The translations under genes were made by a program, and so were the position numbers. From Geopsychrobacteraceae bacterium (GTDB lineage: Bacteria > Desulfobacterota > Desulfuromonadia > Desulfuromonadales > Geopsychrobacteraceae), in contig OY759353.1 in assembly GCA_963662315.1 (NCBI GenBank), forward strand, positions 800,001-864,000: DNA of 64,000 nucleotides. The letters are read 5' to 3'. The notes under the pieces were generated by a model. That model saw only the letters and a program-made list of their open reading frames with translations. It was not told where the DNA came from and did no database searches. Of the stretch, positions 1 to 12,454 are shown in pieces (position 1 is the first letter of the stretch; the number at the start of each line of letters is the position of its first letter).

Positions 1-743
1 GAATGACGCAGAATGTGCGGGTAGACCGGTTTACTGATGCTGGCTTTTAATGCGTAAGCGCGTAAATTTTTCCAGAATCCCTGACGACTCATATTGAGTC
101 CGTGGCGATTCAGAAATACGAAATCGATCTTGTTGTCTTTTTTTAGAATTAATCTACCCTCGTGCAGATAATCAAGTAAAAATTCGAGAGCGACCTCCCC
201 CAAAGGAATAAGACGCTGTTTTGCCCCCTTCCCTAGCGTTGTAATACACCCAACATCGGCTTTGATGTCACTTAACTTCAGATTGACCAATTCCGATACC
301 CGCATGCCGGTTGCGTACAGGACTTCAAGCATGGCCCGGTCTCTTTGAACCGCAGGACCTGAACCTTGTGGTGCGGTCAGTAAAGATTCAACTTCACTCT
401 GAGATAACAGCTTTGGCAGGGGTTGATAAATCTTAGGGGTTTCGATTAGAGCCGAAGGGTCCACAATGAGAAGGTTTTCCTTAACCAGAAATCGATGAAA
501 GCCTCTTATGGAACTTAACACGCGTGCCCGACTGCGCGGAGAAATTGCCTTCTTTTTCTGCAAGAAGGTCAAATATTCAATAACGTGCGTCTGCTGGATC
601 TCTGCTGCCCCTGAAAGATGACATTGTCCCTCCAGATAGTCGGCGTAATTTGTCAGGTCGCGACCATACGCACTCAGGGTGTTTGGGGAAAGCCCTTTTT
701 CCACCGTCAGAAAATTTAAAAAACGATCGATAAGATCATTCAT
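1..743 (-). CDS. xerD: site-specific tyrosine recombinase XerD (3' end runs off window)
   Basis: Not in ORF track; manual translation from ATG at 743: MNDLIDRFLNFLTVEKGLSPNTLSAYGRDL...; at the window edge KPVYPHILRHS (HxLRH motif); follows glnD. Confidence 0.9.
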   Translation of the reverse strand, partial: MNDLIDRFLNFLTVEKGLSPNTLSAYGRDLTNYADYLEGQCHLSGAAEIQQTHVIEYLTFLQKKKAISPRSRARVLSSIRGFHRFLVKENLLIVDPSALIETPKIYQPLPKLLSQSEVESLLTAPQGSGPAVQRDRAMLEVLYATGMRVSELVNLKLSDIKADVGCITTLGKGAKQRLIPLGEVALEFLLDYLHEGRLILKKDNKIDFVFLNRHGLNMSRQGFWKNLRAYALKASISKPVYPHILRH

Positions 744-752
744 GCCAGGTAA

Positions 753-3446
753 TCAGCCTAAACGTTCAAGGAGCACTGATTTTATCTCCTCGATTTTCTT
801 CGGATTGGTAATTTTCTGACCAAAGATATCCTGAACATAAAAGACGTCTGCCGCCTGATCGACTTTTGTCGCAATTTTGGAAACGGCAATATAAAGGCCA
901 AGCTCTTTTAATGTTCTGGTGATCTCGTAGAGGAGACCGACTTTGTCAGTAGCATAGATATCCAGGACGGTAAAATTATCAGAAACCTCATTGTCGAGCT
1001 CAACCTTATTGGGCCGTTTGGGCCGATCACGTTTGATGGTGAGGTATGAAGGCTGATGGCATTTAGCAATCAGGTCTTCTACTTTGACACGTCCTTCGAT
1101 AACCGCTGACAGGTCGCGTTCAACCCGTTTCCATTTTTGAGCATTATCGACAACTTCTCCAACGGTATTGTTTACCTGCAAAATGTCAAGAACTGCACCT
1201 GTTTTTCTGGTATGAATCTGGGCACCCAAAATGTTGATTGAATGGGAAGCAAGCACACCGGCTATATAGGAAAAGAGTCCGGGACTATCAATGGTAGCGA
1301 TGGTCAATTCGGTATAATTAGAATCATGGTAATGCTGCACGTCCATAGCTAAAGAGTCTTTGCCACGGCTCAGGGCCAGGCGCAAGTGAGGGATAATCTG
1401 CTTAGACCGATAACTCATTAAATAACGATTATTGAGACTGTTAATCGCACGATTTACTGTAGCCTCGGAAAATTCACCCAGAAGTGCCTCACGAACTTTA
1501 CGTTTACGATTACGTGCTTTTTCAGAACGCTGCTCCTGATAAAAGTCCTTTTTCTCTATAATGTCATAGGTTTTTTCATAGAGTTCCTGCAGTAGGGACC
1601 CTTTCCATTCAGTCCAGACATCCGGGCCGACAGCCTTGATATCTGCAAATGTCAGCAGGTACAGCATGCGCAGATTCTCGCTCATGGTCATCAGTTCTGC
1701 AAATTGAGCGATCATGTTCATGTCCTGCAGATCGCGGCGTTGAGAAATATGTGCCATCTTCAAGTGATGCAGTACCAGAAATTGCAGCCGTTGCGTGTCT
1801 TCGCGATTAAGCCGCATGCGCCGAGCTATGGTCGGAATCATCTCAGCACCACGAATGCTGTGGTCCTTGCCGCTCCCCTTGCCAATATCATGAAACAGAA
1901 TAGACAGCAGCAGCAGCTCTCTTTTTTCTATATTGTTAGCGACATCGGTAAGCAATTCATGCTCTTTGGCGTATTCACCTGTCCATAATTTTTCCATTTC
2001 TTCAATGGCGAACAGCGAGTGAATGTCGACGGTGTAAATATGGTAAAGATCAAATTGAACCTTACAATAAATATTCTTGAATTCAGGAATGTATGCGTTT
2101 AGTAGATGCAGATGGTGCATTTTACGCAAAGTTTGGCCAACACCTTTGGGTTTGCGCAGGATCGCCATGAAGGAATCATTCATCCGTTTTGAGCGCCTGA
2201 CCTTGTCATTAATAAGATGAAGGTTCTCGCGTATCAGGAGTTTGAGCTCAACGGCCATTTCAGCTTCCTGCTTATGAGTCAGCTCAAAGGCGACCATCAT
2301 AAGAGCTGGGTCTTGAATGATCAAATTGTCATCTTTTATGCGCAACTCGCCACGGATGATATAAAATCCATCCTCAAGATTGCGTCGCCCCAGAAAGGTG
2401 AAGACGCCGTTCGGCTGGTTGCGGCGCGTTGCATTTAAAATGATTTTTGAGGCCAGGTGTTCAATGCGAATAGCATTGGCATAATAGTCCTGCATGAAGC
2501 TTTCTACTGCAGAACTGGACGAGTTTTTTCTATAGCCTAAAAAGTTGGCTATCTTTTCCTGTAATTCAAAAGTTAGTTGGTCCGATTTTCTTTGATTGTT
2601 GAAGTGTAGAAAATTACGAATATTCCATAAGTAATTCTGAGCCTTTTGATATTCGTCAATTTCTTCCTCAGAGACAATGCCTTTGATCAGTAAATCACGC
2701 AAATTGGCAGCTTTGAATTTGACTCTGGCAATCCATAGCGCGTCCTGCAACTCCCTGAGTCCTCCTTCCCCTTCTTTAAGGTTTGGCTCAAGCAAATAGA
2801 CAGATGATCCGTATTTGCGTTTCCTTTCTTCTCTCTCCTCAAGTTTAGCCACAATGAAATTCTGAGTATCATGGCTGATTACATAGGGGATAACCGTTTC
2901 GACGAAATTATGGAAGACCGTCTGACTGCCGGTCAGAAAACGGCCGTCCAGAAGGGATGTTCTTACGGTACTATCCTTGGCTTCTTCGATACAACTACTT
3001 CCCGAACGGACACTGTAGCCGATATCCAGGTTGAGATCCCATAACATGTAAAGCATACGGTCGGATATTGACTTGGCGGTAGCTGCTCCTTCCGGAGTAT
3101 AATAAAACATCAGGTCGAGGTCCGAGCGAGGACTCATCTCGCTCCGGCCGTAGCCACCAAGAGCGATCAGTGCACAACCGTTTACACCTCCGGGGTCAAG
3201 GCCTACAGTTGAAGCCTGATAAAGCCCAACTGTTAGCTGATCATAAATCCTAGTCAGTTCATTTACAATTTTACGTCCGCCGAATCCGCTCTCATTGAGC
3301 TTTGCGATACGGGTCAATTGCTTGGCAAGATAGTCACCTGCAGCAGCGACAATTGTACTTCTTTGTTTGTCAAAGTCTAAAACCCGATCAAAAAGAAATT
3401 GATCCTGATCATTTTCTAAGATTTGACTGGTTGTGGTCATCGTCAT
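753..3446 (-). CDS. glnD: [protein-PII] uridylyltransferase
   Basis: ALGGYGR..SDLDL nucleotidyltransferase motif, EPNLKEGEGGLRE, HD domain (HDIGKG), two C-terminal ACT domains. Confidence 0.95.
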   Translation of the reverse strand: MTMTTTSQILENDQDQFLFDRVLDFDKQRSTIVAAAGDYLAKQLTRIAKLNESGFGGRKIVNELTRIYDQLTVGLYQASTVGLDPGGVNGCALIALGGYGRSEMSPRSDLDLMFYYTPEGAATAKSISDRMLYMLWDLNLDIGYSVRSGSSCIEEAKDSTVRTSLLDGRFLTGSQTVFHNFVETVIPYVISHDTQNFIVAKLEEREERKRKYGSSVYLLEPNLKEGEGGLRELQDALWIARVKFKAANLRDLLIKGIVSEEEIDEYQKAQNYLWNIRNFLHFNNQRKSDQLTFELQEKIANFLGYRKNSSSSAVESFMQDYYANAIRIEHLASKIILNATRRNQPNGVFTFLGRRNLEDGFYIIRGELRIKDDNLIIQDPALMMVAFELTHKQEAEMAVELKLLIRENLHLINDKVRRSKRMNDSFMAILRKPKGVGQTLRKMHHLHLLNAYIPEFKNIYCKVQFDLYHIYTVDIHSLFAIEEMEKLWTGEYAKEHELLTDVANNIEKRELLLLSILFHDIGKGSGKDHSIRGAEMIPTIARRMRLNREDTQRLQFLVLHHLKMAHISQRRDLQDMNMIAQFAELMTMSENLRMLYLLTFADIKAVGPDVWTEWKGSLLQELYEKTYDIIEKKDFYQEQRSEKARNRKRKVREALLGEFSEATVNRAINSLNNRYLMSYRSKQIIPHLRLALSRGKDSLAMDVQHYHDSNYTELTIATIDSPGLFSYIAGVLASHSINILGAQIHTRKTGAVLDILQVNNTVGEVVDNAQKWKRVERDLSAVIEGRVKVEDLIAKCHQPSYLTIKRDRPKRPNKVELDNEVSDNFTVLDIYATDKVGLLYEITRTLKELGLYIAVSKIATKVDQAADVFYVQDIFGQKITNPKKIEEIKSVLLERLG

Positions 3447-5152
3447 CGTTTGGCAACCTGATCTAAGCTAGCGGAATAGTGTTTCACACCGTTGGCAATG
3501 CCAGAGGCAACACGTTGTTGAAATGATTTTGAAGTAAGCCGTTTAACTTCGCGCGGGTTGCTGATAAATGCAGCTTCCACAAGTACAGAGGGCATAGTCG
3601 CTCCGAGTAATACATGAAAAGGCCCCTGTTTAACTCCAAGGTCACGAATATTGCTGTACTTGGATTCCAAGCCCTTGACCAATGCCTGTTGGACCTCCGC
3701 AGCTAGCCGACTGGATTCGTTGATTTTAGCATTTGCCATCAAGTCGAACAAGATCGCTTCGAGATTACCCACATCCTGCATTGACGTACCGTTTTCCCGT
3801 GCTGCGACCTCGGCAGCCTTGTCGTTTTTTGACAGATTCAGAAAGTAGGTTTCAGTTCCATAAGCCTTGGAATTTCTACTCGCATTAGCATGCAAGCTGA
3901 TAAACAGGTCTGCTCCGACCTTATTGGCATAGGCGGTACGTTCTTTAAGTTCAAGAAAACGGTCCTCGGTTCTGGTCAGTAACACTTTGACTTTAAGCTG
4001 TGTGCGCAATTCTTCGGCGACAGCCTTGGCCAGTTCCAAGGTGACATCTTTTTCAAAAACATTATCAGGGCCAACTGCTCCAGGATCTTTGCCCCCATGG
4101 CCCGCATCAACAACGATCAGGTGTATCCCCTCATCATGTTGTTCCTGAGGCACATGGAGTACAGGAATCTTATCGGCCTGATCATTTAAGATATTGGCAA
4201 TGTCATCATCTTGCGAGGCGGGCGCTGGAATCGCATTTTGACTGGAACTGATGCCTGCAGCAGTTGATGAACCGAGTACGTCAATCACTACCCGGTAAGG
4301 ATTTTGTAATAAATTAAGGCGATATTCTGTTTGTTTGTTCAGGTCTATAACCACGCGGGTTTTGTCAACGCTGTATTGAGCGGTTCTGACCTGCTTGACC
4401 AGCCCATTCCTGATCGGTACCTCTGGAGCGACAGTCGGACTTGTTTGGGTATACATCAGATCGAAGAAGATACGGGGACTGTCACCATTCAGAACGACAG
4501 GCTTGGCGACCACCGGAGCCGTAAGGTCCAGTACGATGCGAGTATATTCGGGGCCGCTCCAGTAGCGAATTTTCTGCAAGGTTGGTGCAGAGCCAACACT
4601 CTCATCAGCATATTTATTTAGCGCTTCGGGGGCAGGAGGAACGGTAGAATCTTCAAGGCCCAGAGCCTTGATACGACTCTGTGCCTGCCTGACCATGTCG
4701 CCTGAGGCATAGGAAGACACTATCTGCTGATAGTAAGATTGCGCCGCAGGAAAATCCTGCAGTCTGGTTTCTGCGGTTCTGCCAGCATGAAACAGGGCAT
4801 CATCAGCAAGAGAGCTGTGTGGAAAACTCTGAATCAACCGTTTATAGGCTATAACTGTTTCACGGGCGTCATCAGTGCGGCCAGAAGCCATTGATAAGCC
4901 ATCCCAGGTGCGGCCGAGTAAATACAGGGCTTTATCCAGTGACGGGTCCTGCGGGTGACTCTGGATATAACTGGAGAAACGGCGAATCAAGCGCTCCCAA
5001 TTGAGGCGCTGTTTCTGTAACGATACGGAAGTGGCCAGTTTCCGGTAGTCATTGCGAAGAGCATCATACGATTCTGCGTTCACCGGTCCTGCTGCGAGTA
5101 AACAGATCAGTAAACTGACAATTGACAGAATAACTTTATAATATTTCATCAA
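3443..5152 (-). CDS. N-acetylmuramoyl-L-alanine amidase (signal peptide, TPR-like N-terminus, AMIN, Amidase_3)
   Basis: [29 protein letters not shown] motifs; N-terminal signal peptide; LADDAL TPR-like segment. Confidence 0.9.
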   Translation of the reverse strand: MMKYYKVILSIVSLLICLLAAGPVNAESYDALRNDYRKLATSVSLQKQRLNWERLIRRFSSYIQSHPQDPSLDKALYLLGRTWDGLSMASGRTDDARETVIAYKRLIQSFPHSSLADDALFHAGRTAETRLQDFPAAQSYYQQIVSSYASGDMVRQAQSRIKALGLEDSTVPPAPEALNKYADESVGSAPTLQKIRYWSGPEYTRIVLDLTAPVVAKPVVLNGDSPRIFFDLMYTQTSPTVAPEVPIRNGLVKQVRTAQYSVDKTRVVIDLNKQTEYRLNLLQNPYRVVIDVLGSSTAAGISSSQNAIPAPASQDDDIANILNDQADKIPVLHVPQEQHDEGIHLIVVDAGHGGKDPGAVGPDNVFEKDVTLELAKAVAEELRTQLKVKVLLTRTEDRFLELKERTAYANKVGADLFISLHANASRNSKAYGTETYFLNLSKNDKAAEVAARENGTSMQDVGNLEAILFDLMANAKINESSRLAAEVQQALVKGLESKYSNIRDLGVKQGPFHVLLGATMPSVLVEAAFISNPREVKRLTSKSFQQRVASGIANGVKHYSASLDQVAKR

Positions 5153-7764
5153 AGTAACTTTTTTAGCTCATGCAGAATATTTAACGCTTCAAGTGGGGTC
5201 GTCTGACTGACATCAATACGCTCAAGATGAGCCCTGACAACATCTTCAATTCCGGTCGAAAATAATGAAAGTTGATTGCTGGTCGCTTTTTTTGGTTTCT
5301 CTGTGCTTTCACCAATGCGGGGTTCGCCTTCTCGAACGAACTCACCCTTTTCAAGATTACGTAGAATCTCTTTGGCCCGGGCGATTACCGTGTCCGGGAG
5401 GCCAGCCAATCGGCCAACCTGAATACCGTAGGAACGGCTGGCGCCACCGGTGATAATCTTTCTTAAAAAAATGATCTGATCATTCCATTCTTTGACCGCG
5501 ACGTTGTAATTTTTAACTCGATTGCGGGTTATTGCCAAGTCAGTAAGTTCGTGGTAGTGGGTGGCAAACAAGGTTTTTGCAGCAATCTTGGGATTATCAT
5601 GAAGATATTCAGCGACAGCCCAGGCAATGCTGACACCATCATAGGTTGATGTCCCCCGACCAATCTCGTCCAGAATAATCAGACTGTTTGCTGTGGCATG
5701 GCGCAGGATGTTCGCTGTCTCGGTCATTTCGACCATAAACGTAGACTGCCCTTTGGCGAGATTGTCACTGGCTCCAACACGAGTGAAAATACGGTCAACA
5801 ACGCCAATATGCGCGTTTTCAGCGGGAACAAAGCTACCAATTTGCGCCATCAGGGTGATCAGCGCAACCTGACGCATAAATGTTGATTTTCCAGCCATGT
5901 TGGGGCCTGTAATTATCAACAACTGGTTTTTGTCCTGATCAAGAAGCGTATCATTCGGGACGAAGGCTTCTTTCAAAGGCATCCCTTCGACCACTGGGTG
6001 GCGACCACCATCAATTTTGATGATACCTGATTCGTCGATAACCGGTGCGACATAATTGCGCTCATGGGCCAGATCAGCAAGTGCCAGCAATGAATCTATC
6101 TCAGCTAACGCTTCAGCACACTGCTGAATCTTCTTGGAGTCTGCCGCGGCTTTCAGGCGTACCTCCTGAAACAGGTTGAATTCCAGCTCAACCATACGAT
6201 CTTCAGCACCAAGTACCTTATCCTCATATTCCTTAAGGCGTGGTGTAATAAACCGTTCGGCATTCGACAACGTCTGTTTACGTTGATACTCTTCTGGGAT
6301 CCGGTCCAGATGGCGGTTGGTTATTTCAATAAAATATCCAAAGACTTTATTGTATTTAACTTTCAGACTGCTGATGCCGGTTTTTTCGCGTTCTTCCTGT
6401 TCTAACCGGGCGATCCAGCCTTTGCCTTCACGGCTGATAAGGCGTAATTCATCTAGTTCAGGATGAAACTGATCGCGAATCAGTCCGCCATCACGCAGGA
6501 CAAAGGGCGGATCATCGACAATGGCCTTCTCCAGAAGCTGGCAGAGTTCAGGAAGCAGGTCAAGTCTCTGGCGCAAACCTTTTGCGTAATTGCTATTCAG
6601 TGAGGCCATCAGATCATCAATCTGCGGTAATTGTTGCAGAGAAGATCGCAACGCGACAAGATCTTTGGCATTGGCACTTGCCATGGAAATTTTGCTGTTT
6701 AAACGTTCCAGATCGTAGACGCCATCAAGACCTTCGAGAAGATCAATCCTTAGCAGACTCTGGTCAACCAGTTCAGCTATGGCTTGCTGACGGGCAAGAA
6801 TCTGATCTTTGTTGATTAACGGGTAGTGAATCCAGTGGCGCAGGGTTCTGCCTCCCATAGCCGTAACCGTGCGGTCCAGTACCCCAAGCAATGATCCACG
6901 TTTCTTACCGTCCTGCAGTGTTGCTGTAAGTTCGAGGTTGCGACGGGTGCTGTCGTCAAGCAACATATAGTTTTGAGTGAAATATGTTTCAAGAGTACGG
7001 AGGTGTTGCAAATCACTTTTCTGGGTCTGTTTTAGGTAATACAAAACTGCCGACGCTGCTAACTGTGCTGCAGGAAGGTTCTCGCAGCCGAGAGCCTGTA
7101 ACCCCGGGACATTGAAAAAGGTGCGTAACTGTTCATAGGCGTAATCGGTTTCATAAACCCAGTCGGGAAGCAGGTTACACATGATTCCATCAAGTAATGG
7201 CGCAATCAACTTGTTAAGCGATTGACCGGTTTCGCTGTCGGCAAAGAGAATTTCACGTGGTCTGAGGGAACCTATTTCACTTTCAACCTGCTCGAGCGAA
7301 TCAACCTGAGTAGCACGAAATTCCCCGGTGGTTATGTCGACGTGCGAAATACCATAGAGCTCACCAATCTGGGTAACCGCCAGCAGAAAATTATTCTCTT
7401 TCGGCTCAAGGATGTCCGTGTCGGTGACCAACCCCGGCGTCACAACCCGAACGACCTCTCTTTTGACGATGCCTTTTGCTGTTTTAGGGTCTTCAACCTG
7501 TTCGCAAATGGCAACCTTGTGCCCTTCAGACACCAACTTGGCAATATATCCCTGGCTGCTATGGTAGGGGATTCCACACAATGGTACTGCATCGGCATCC
7601 CCTTTGTTTCTGGACGTAAGGGTTATCCCTAAAACACGCGATGCGACAATCGCATCGTCCATAAACATCTCATAAAAATCACCAAGACGGAAAAATAGGA
7701 TGGAATCCGCATAATCAGATTTTATTTCAAGATATTGGCGCATTAATGGTGTTGCTGTAGACAT
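5149..7764 (-). CDS. mutS: DNA mismatch repair protein MutS
   Basis: [45 protein letters not shown]; start set at MSTATP (7764). Confidence 0.97.
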   Translation of the reverse strand: MSTATPLMRQYLEIKSDYADSILFFRLGDFYEMFMDDAIVASRVLGITLTSRNKGDADAVPLCGIPYHSSQGYIAKLVSEGHKVAICEQVEDPKTAKGIVKREVVRVVTPGLVTDTDILEPKENNFLLAVTQIGELYGISHVDITTGEFRATQVDSLEQVESEIGSLRPREILFADSETGQSLNKLIAPLLDGIMCNLLPDWVYETDYAYEQLRTFFNVPGLQALGCENLPAAQLAASAVLYYLKQTQKSDLQHLRTLETYFTQNYMLLDDSTRRNLELTATLQDGKKRGSLLGVLDRTVTAMGGRTLRHWIHYPLINKDQILARQQAIAELVDQSLLRIDLLEGLDGVYDLERLNSKISMASANAKDLVALRSSLQQLPQIDDLMASLNSNYAKGLRQRLDLLPELCQLLEKAIVDDPPFVLRDGGLIRDQFHPELDELRLISREGKGWIARLEQEEREKTGISSLKVKYNKVFGYFIEITNRHLDRIPEEYQRKQTLSNAERFITPRLKEYEDKVLGAEDRMVELEFNLFQEVRLKAAADSKKIQQCAEALAEIDSLLALADLAHERNYVAPVIDESGIIKIDGGRHPVVEGMPLKEAFVPNDTLLDQDKNQLLIITGPNMAGKSTFMRQVALITLMAQIGSFVPAENAHIGVVDRIFTRVGASDNLAKGQSTFMVEMTETANILRHATANSLIILDEIGRGTSTYDGVSIAWAVAEYLHDNPKIAAKTLFATHYHELTDLAITRNRVKNYNVAVKEWNDQIIFLRKIITGGASRSYGIQVGRLAGLPDTVIARAKEILRNLEKGEFVREGEPRIGESTEKPKKATSNQLSLFSTGIEDVVRAHLERIDVSQTTPLEALNILHELKKLL

Positions 7765-7978
7765 ATTAAGAAATCCTGCGTTGCCTGCGTTCTCCAGGAG
7801 AGCTGTATTCACGATATATAAATCACGCATCCTAGCAAAGCAGCATACACAAGTAAACCAGCAAGGTTAAATTAGTCGCCTGGGAACCTTGACCAAATGG
7901 GTATGGAAATGCTAAGAGTTTTGGTTTGTTATCTATTAATCGCAGATTCTTATCGCGGTGAGCCTGGAGTGAGGTTAT

Positions 7979-8473
7979 ATGCTATCTTCAACGCAACTGT
8001 TCGACATCGATACCTTTAATATTGCCAGTCTGGAAGACGAGGGGCGTGTTGATCGTCTTTGTCATGAACTTTTGATTCTGTTTCACGCAGATCTTGTGGG
8101 ATCACAGGAAACAGAACCATTGCTTGCTGGCAGTATGGCTCGCGGTGCCGACTACTTTTTACGCGATTATATGATCGATTGTCAGCGAAGAAATATTTTC
8201 CATATCACTCCGGAACTGTTACGTAGCTTTGGGGGATACTGGTATATAATTAACAATATCGAACCCGCTATGGAAGAATTGGCCCCTATTTTAAGCGGTG
8301 TGAAGCAGTTTTACTCTTATTGCCATACCAACGCTTTGATCTCGCAGGAAATACTGACGGCGATTTCTGAGGTCTGTAATGATCATATGTATTTCCGGGA
8401 CCGCATAGAGTCCTTTTTCACCCTTGAAGATGACGGGTATATGGTTTGGAAAAGTGAATGCCCGGTTTCATAA
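7979..8473 (+). CDS. hypothetical protein
   Basis: 164-aa ORF with GAGG SD, divergent from mutS, directly upstream of the CDF gene. Confidence 0.7.
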   Translation: MLSSTQLFDIDTFNIASLEDEGRVDRLCHELLILFHADLVGSQETEPLLAGSMARGADYFLRDYMIDCQRRNIFHITPELLRSFGGYWYIINNIEPAMEELAPILSGVKQFYSYCHTNALISQEILTAISEVCNDHMYFRDRIESFFTLEDDGYMVWKSECPVS

Positions 8474-8484
8474 AGGGGAAAAAC

Positions 8485-9420
8485 ATGGTTTTATCTGAAA
8501 ATATCAAGATCAGAGCGGCTACTTTTTCTGTGTGCGGGGCACTGTCCCTGGCTATTATCAAACTTATTATTGCCTTTTTCAGTGGCTCGATGGCAGTTCT
8601 GGCCTCAGCAATCGATTCACTACTGGACATTCTGATGTCAGGCGTTAATTTTGCAGCTATTCGGCATGCGGAGCAACCCCCCGATCAAAGGCACCCTTTT
8701 GGGCATGGGAAATTTGAAACTCTTGCAACGCTGATCCAGGCACTAGTTATTTTTTCTTCCGGAGGCTGGGTTGTCTATGAAGCGGTGACACGCTTAAATC
8801 AGGGGCAACGCTTGAATAACCTTAATCAGGGGATAGGAGTTCTGGCTTTAAGTTCCGTAGTCTCCTGGTTTATTGCCCGCCATCTGTCGAATGTGGCCAA
8901 ACTGACGGACTCAACGGCTCTTGAGGCCGACTCCCTGCATTTCAGAATGGATATTTATACCAACCTGGGCTTGATGGCTGGTTTATTGTTTGTTCGTTGG
9001 TTTAAGATTTACTGGCTAGATTCGGCATTATCCATTCTAGTTGCTTCATATATCCTTCATGAAGCTGTTCAACTTGTAAAACGAAGCCTTACCGACATGC
9101 TTGATCAAGAGTTGCCAGAGGATATTCAGAATCATGTTCATCAGTTAATTCTCAGCCACGATGGTCCCCTGTCCGGCTATCATGGTTTAAGAACCCGGCG
9201 GGCCGGATCGTTAAAAATAATGGATTTTCATCTTGAAGTCTGCAAAGACATGACCGTTTCTGAAGCACATAAACTTACTGATAGTCTTGAGAAACGGATC
9301 GAAAGAGAAATTCCTGGTTCTGATGTCATTATCCACATTGATCCTTGTGATGCTGTAGAATGTCCGGGACGTGACAAATGCTTGTTAACCAGGAGTCGGG
9401 TTATAAATAAGCTTAAATAG
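8485..9420 (+). CDS. cation diffusion facilitator family transporter (FieF-like)
   Basis: ASAIDSLLD, HPFGHGKFE, ADSLHFRMD, C-terminal IIHIDP; start at MVLSEN after GGGG SD. Confidence 0.9.
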   Translation: MVLSENIKIRAATFSVCGALSLAIIKLIIAFFSGSMAVLASAIDSLLDILMSGVNFAAIRHAEQPPDQRHPFGHGKFETLATLIQALVIFSSGGWVVYEAVTRLNQGQRLNNLNQGIGVLALSSVVSWFIARHLSNVAKLTDSTALEADSLHFRMDIYTNLGLMAGLLFVRWFKIYWLDSALSILVASYILHEAVQLVKRSLTDMLDQELPEDIQNHVHQLILSHDGPLSGYHGLRTRRAGSLKIMDFHLEVCKDMTVSEAHKLTDSLEKRIEREIPGSDVIIHIDPCDAVECPGRDKCLLTRSRVINKLK

Positions 9421-9452
9421 ATTTGATAAGACCGCAAACGAATATTTGAGCA

Positions 9453-9477
9453 AGCCCTCTTTTAGTAGCGGAGGGCT
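9453..9477. terminator. hairpin between convergent CDF and pfkA genes
   Basis: AGCCCTC / GAGGGCT inverted repeat. Confidence 0.45.
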
Positions 9478-9486
9478 GGTTTAGCC

Positions 9487-10575
9487 TTATCTCCCCATGC
9501 AGATCCCCAAAGCTTCAGCGGTAGCAACCAGATCGCCTGCCGGATCAACCAGGTTTTGTCGTGATACGGCATCACGTAAGTTGACACTTTCTATGGTTGT
9601 GCCTTTTAAGGCGACCATTTTGTTGTAGCTATGGTTGGCAATAAGTTCAACAGCTTTTACCCCGAAGCGTGTTGCCAGAATTCTGTCAAACGGAACGGGA
9701 GATCCGCCCCTTTGCAGATGCCCCAAGGTAACGACTCTGGTTTCAATATCAATGCTGTGAGACATCTGGCTGGCAACCTCTTGAGCTATACCACCAAGAC
9801 GGACGGCTCCGAAGTTGGCCACAGAGATATCCTGGATGCTTTGAACTCCGCCGTGCGGGGCTGCACCTTCAGCGACCACAATGATTGAAAATTTACTGCC
9901 ATGTTCCCTGCGTTTCTGTATAGCCGCACACAATTTTTGAATTGAATAAGGTATTTCAGGGATAAGGATGGCATCGGCAGAGCCGGCAATACCAGATTCC
10001 AGAGCTATCCATCCGGCGTCTCGCCCCATTACCTCAACGACGATGGCACGATGATGGCTCTCGGCGGTAGTATGCAGACGGTCGAGCGCCTCGGTCACAA
10101 TACTAACAGCTGTTCGGTAGCCAAAGGTAATATCCGTGGCACGTAAATCATTATCAATAGTTTTCGGGACACCTACGACGTTGAGGCCTTTTTCCGCAAG
10201 CCCCAGAGCGATACGTAGCGTTCCATCGCCACCAACAGCAATAAGAGCATCTGCGCCCAGATCCGAAAAGGTTTTAATAACCTGGTCAGAGATGTCCATT
10301 ACTTCATTTTTTCCATCAATAGTTACAGGGTAACTAAATGGATTTCCTCGATTGCTTGTTCCCAGAATCGTTCCTCCTCTGGCCAGCAGCCCGCGCACGT
10401 CAGATAAATTGATATCACGCCAGCGACGAGACCCGACCAGTCCGTCAAAACCATCCTCGATACCGATAACCTTCCAGCCCTGTTGGTTGATTGCTGTTTT
10501 AGTAACAGCACGAATAACTGCGTTGAGTCCAGGACAATCCCCTCCCCCGGTTAATATAGCGACAGTTCTACTCAT
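9487..10575 (-). CDS. pfkA: 6-phosphofructokinase (PfkA family)
   Basis: [38 protein letters not shown]. Confidence 0.93.
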   Translation of the reverse strand: MSRTVAILTGGGDCPGLNAVIRAVTKTAINQQGWKVIGIEDGFDGLVGSRRWRDINLSDVRGLLARGGTILGTSNRGNPFSYPVTIDGKNEVMDISDQVIKTFSDLGADALIAVGGDGTLRIALGLAEKGLNVVGVPKTIDNDLRATDITFGYRTAVSIVTEALDRLHTTAESHHRAIVVEVMGRDAGWIALESGIAGSADAILIPEIPYSIQKLCAAIQKRREHGSKFSIIVVAEGAAPHGGVQSIQDISVANFGAVRLGGIAQEVASQMSHSIDIETRVVTLGHLQRGGSPVPFDRILATRFGVKAVELIANHSYNKMVALKGTTIESVNLRDAVSRQNLVDPAGDLVATAEALGICMGR

Positions 10576-11009
10576 TTAGACGTCTCCTTATCTGATGAAT
10601 TAATGCCTTTGGCATCTGTAGCGATTGCAAGGTTTGTAAACCCGGCCGATCTGGCCATATCCATTATTGTCACAACCAGTCCATGCTTCACATCCTGATC
10701 GGCCATCAATATGAAAGAACTATGCTTAACGATATCCTGATTCATGTTATCTAAATAAACCTGCAAGGCAGCTGTTGTTACCTGTTCACGGTCCAGGTAT
10801 ATCTCACCGGTTGAAGTAAGATAGATATGCAGATCAAGCTTTTGCTTTTCAATACGCTCCGCTCCTGACGTCGGAAGCTTGATACTTAAACCGGGCTGCT
10901 CGACAAATGTCGTTGAGATCATGAAAAAAATAAGCAGGAGAAACACCACGTCAATCATTGGCGTCAGATCAATTTTAGGAGACTCCTGAATTTTTCTGCG
11001 AAAACCCAT
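10572..11009 (-). CDS. exbD: biopolymer transporter ExbD/TolR
   Basis: [27 protein letters not shown]; start at MGFRRK. Confidence 0.9.
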   Translation of the reverse strand: MGFRRKIQESPKIDLTPMIDVVFLLLIFFMISTTFVEQPGLSIKLPTSGAERIEKQKLDLHIYLTSTGEIYLDREQVTTAALQVYLDNMNQDIVKHSSFILMADQDVKHGLVVTIMDMARSAGFTNLAIATDAKGINSSDKETSK

Positions 11010-11016
11010 AATCAGA

Positions 11017-11616
11017 TTATCCTTCAAGCAGATCGATGACGTGCATCGTTGCCTCTTCGAGATCGAGAACCAGTCGATCCGAACGACTTAATAAATAGCG
11101 ATGTACAAGGATCATCGGGACAGCTACGGTTAATCCGGCGGCCGTTGTAATCAAGGCCTGTGAAATACCTCCTCCCAATGTCGCAGGAGATCCTACCCCT
11201 TCGCGAGAGATGACATTAAATGCTTCAATCATACCTAATACCGTTCCCAGCAGGCCAATCAGGGGGGCAATATTCGCGATAGTGCCAAGCAGTCCCAGGT
11301 AACGTTGTAACGAAACAGCTTCTCTCTCACCAACCTCTTCTGCGATGCCCTTTAAGTGACTACGACCGCGATCGGGATTTCTTAAGACCATGTGCAGGAT
11401 TCTGGCCAGGGCTGACTGACGTGATTGGCACAGACTGTAGGCTTCTTGAACTTTGTTGATAGTAATCAAATGGACAATCTGGACGTACAGTTTTCTTAAT
11501 TGTCTTTTCGTCTTGTAATAGGCAAAAAACCTTTCCATAAATATAGCCCAACCAATTATTGAACATAACAGGATCGGGTACATTAATGGACCGCCCTGGT
11601 GGAAAATTTCCTTCAT
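11017..11616 (-). CDS. exbB: MotA/TolQ/ExbB proton channel protein
   Basis: [30 protein letters not shown]. Confidence 0.9.
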   Translation of the reverse strand: MKEIFHQGGPLMYPILLCSIIGWAIFMERFFAYYKTKRQLRKLYVQIVHLITINKVQEAYSLCQSRQSALARILHMVLRNPDRGRSHLKGIAEEVGEREAVSLQRYLGLLGTIANIAPLIGLLGTVLGMIEAFNVISREGVGSPATLGGGISQALITTAAGLTVAVPMILVHRYLLSRSDRLVLDLEEATMHVIDLLEG

Positions 11617-11641
11617 ACTGAGAGTCCGTCCTTTAGCGCAT

Positions 11642-12160
11642 TTAGGTGTTAAAATCTATATGATAGCCATGAACTGTTGAGCCGAATTCTATCAATCCAA
11701 CGGAGTGAATTGGAGAATGACGCTTGTCTGTGGGGCTTCCGGGGTTGAACATCAGTGTTCCTTTGCAGTGATGACACACCGGAATATGGCTGTGCCCGTA
11801 AACTATCACATCAAGGGATTGCCCGGCAAATAAGGAAAGAATACGATCTTCAAGACCTACAGGACTACCCCATCCATGAATCAAAGCGACCTTGTAACGA
11901 TTAATATTTAATATACGGTATTGAGGAAGTTCCATTAATCGATGATCCATGTTGCCACGAACTGAAATCATAGGAATCGGATAAAAACAGGCGGCAAGAT
12001 CTGGACAGACATGATCTCCCGCATGCAGGATGGCATCAACTCCATTAAAAGGGCCAGTTACCAGCTTTTCTGCTAAGTTTGCACATTCCTTCATATCCGT
12101 GAGGTGGGTGTCTGATAATATCCCTACGATTTTATAATCGTAGCTTTGCTTAGCCGACAT
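11642..12160 (-). CDS. metallophosphoesterase (YfcE/MJ0936 family)
   Basis: SDTH, HAGD, VRGNMD, HG, GHSH, NPGS motifs. Confidence 0.88.
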   Translation of the reverse strand: MSAKQSYDYKIVGILSDTHLTDMKECANLAEKLVTGPFNGVDAILHAGDHVCPDLAACFYPIPMISVRGNMDHRLMELPQYRILNINRYKVALIHGWGSPVGLEDRILSLFAGQSLDVIVYGHSHIPVCHHCKGTLMFNPGSPTDKRHSPIHSVGLIEFGSTVHGYHIDFNT

Positions 12161-12315
12161 GACGTACTCACTTTTTTAAATAATGCTCAGAAAATAGAAA
12201 TAACATTGTAAATTTAACCTTTGGCTGAAAAATACTTTTCAGTTAAAAAATACCTTCCATGATGGAAAGATGCTGAATAATCAATATGATAGCATTTTGT
12301 TATAGACCTTAAGTC

Positions 12316-12344
12316 TTGACATTACTCAACGCTGCATATAGTTT
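12316..12344 (+). promoter_or_regulatory. putative sigma70 promoter of maeB
   Basis: TTGACA-17 bp-TAGTTT, ~110 bp upstream of the maeB start. Confidence 0.5.
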
Positions 12345-12454
12345 TTCTGTCTACTGCACTATGATCACGTAATTATTAAAAAAAACAACGCTATACTGTT
12401 AAGTCATTAGGTTCAGTATGCCAACTCACTATCATTGCGGGAGGAGAGACCCAT

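Noticed and set aside
5149..5290. QLSLF motif near the MutS C-terminus
   Set aside because: Known MutS clamp-binding motif; not novel
9487..12160. Odd operon: phosphoesterase-exbB-exbD-pfkA
   Set aside because: Appears to be ordinary core gene order; no sequence evidence of a joint function
12385..12421. ATACTG...CAGTAT dyad upstream of maeB as a Geobacter HgtR-type site
   Set aside because: Only a partial match to the motif as I recall it; too weak to call
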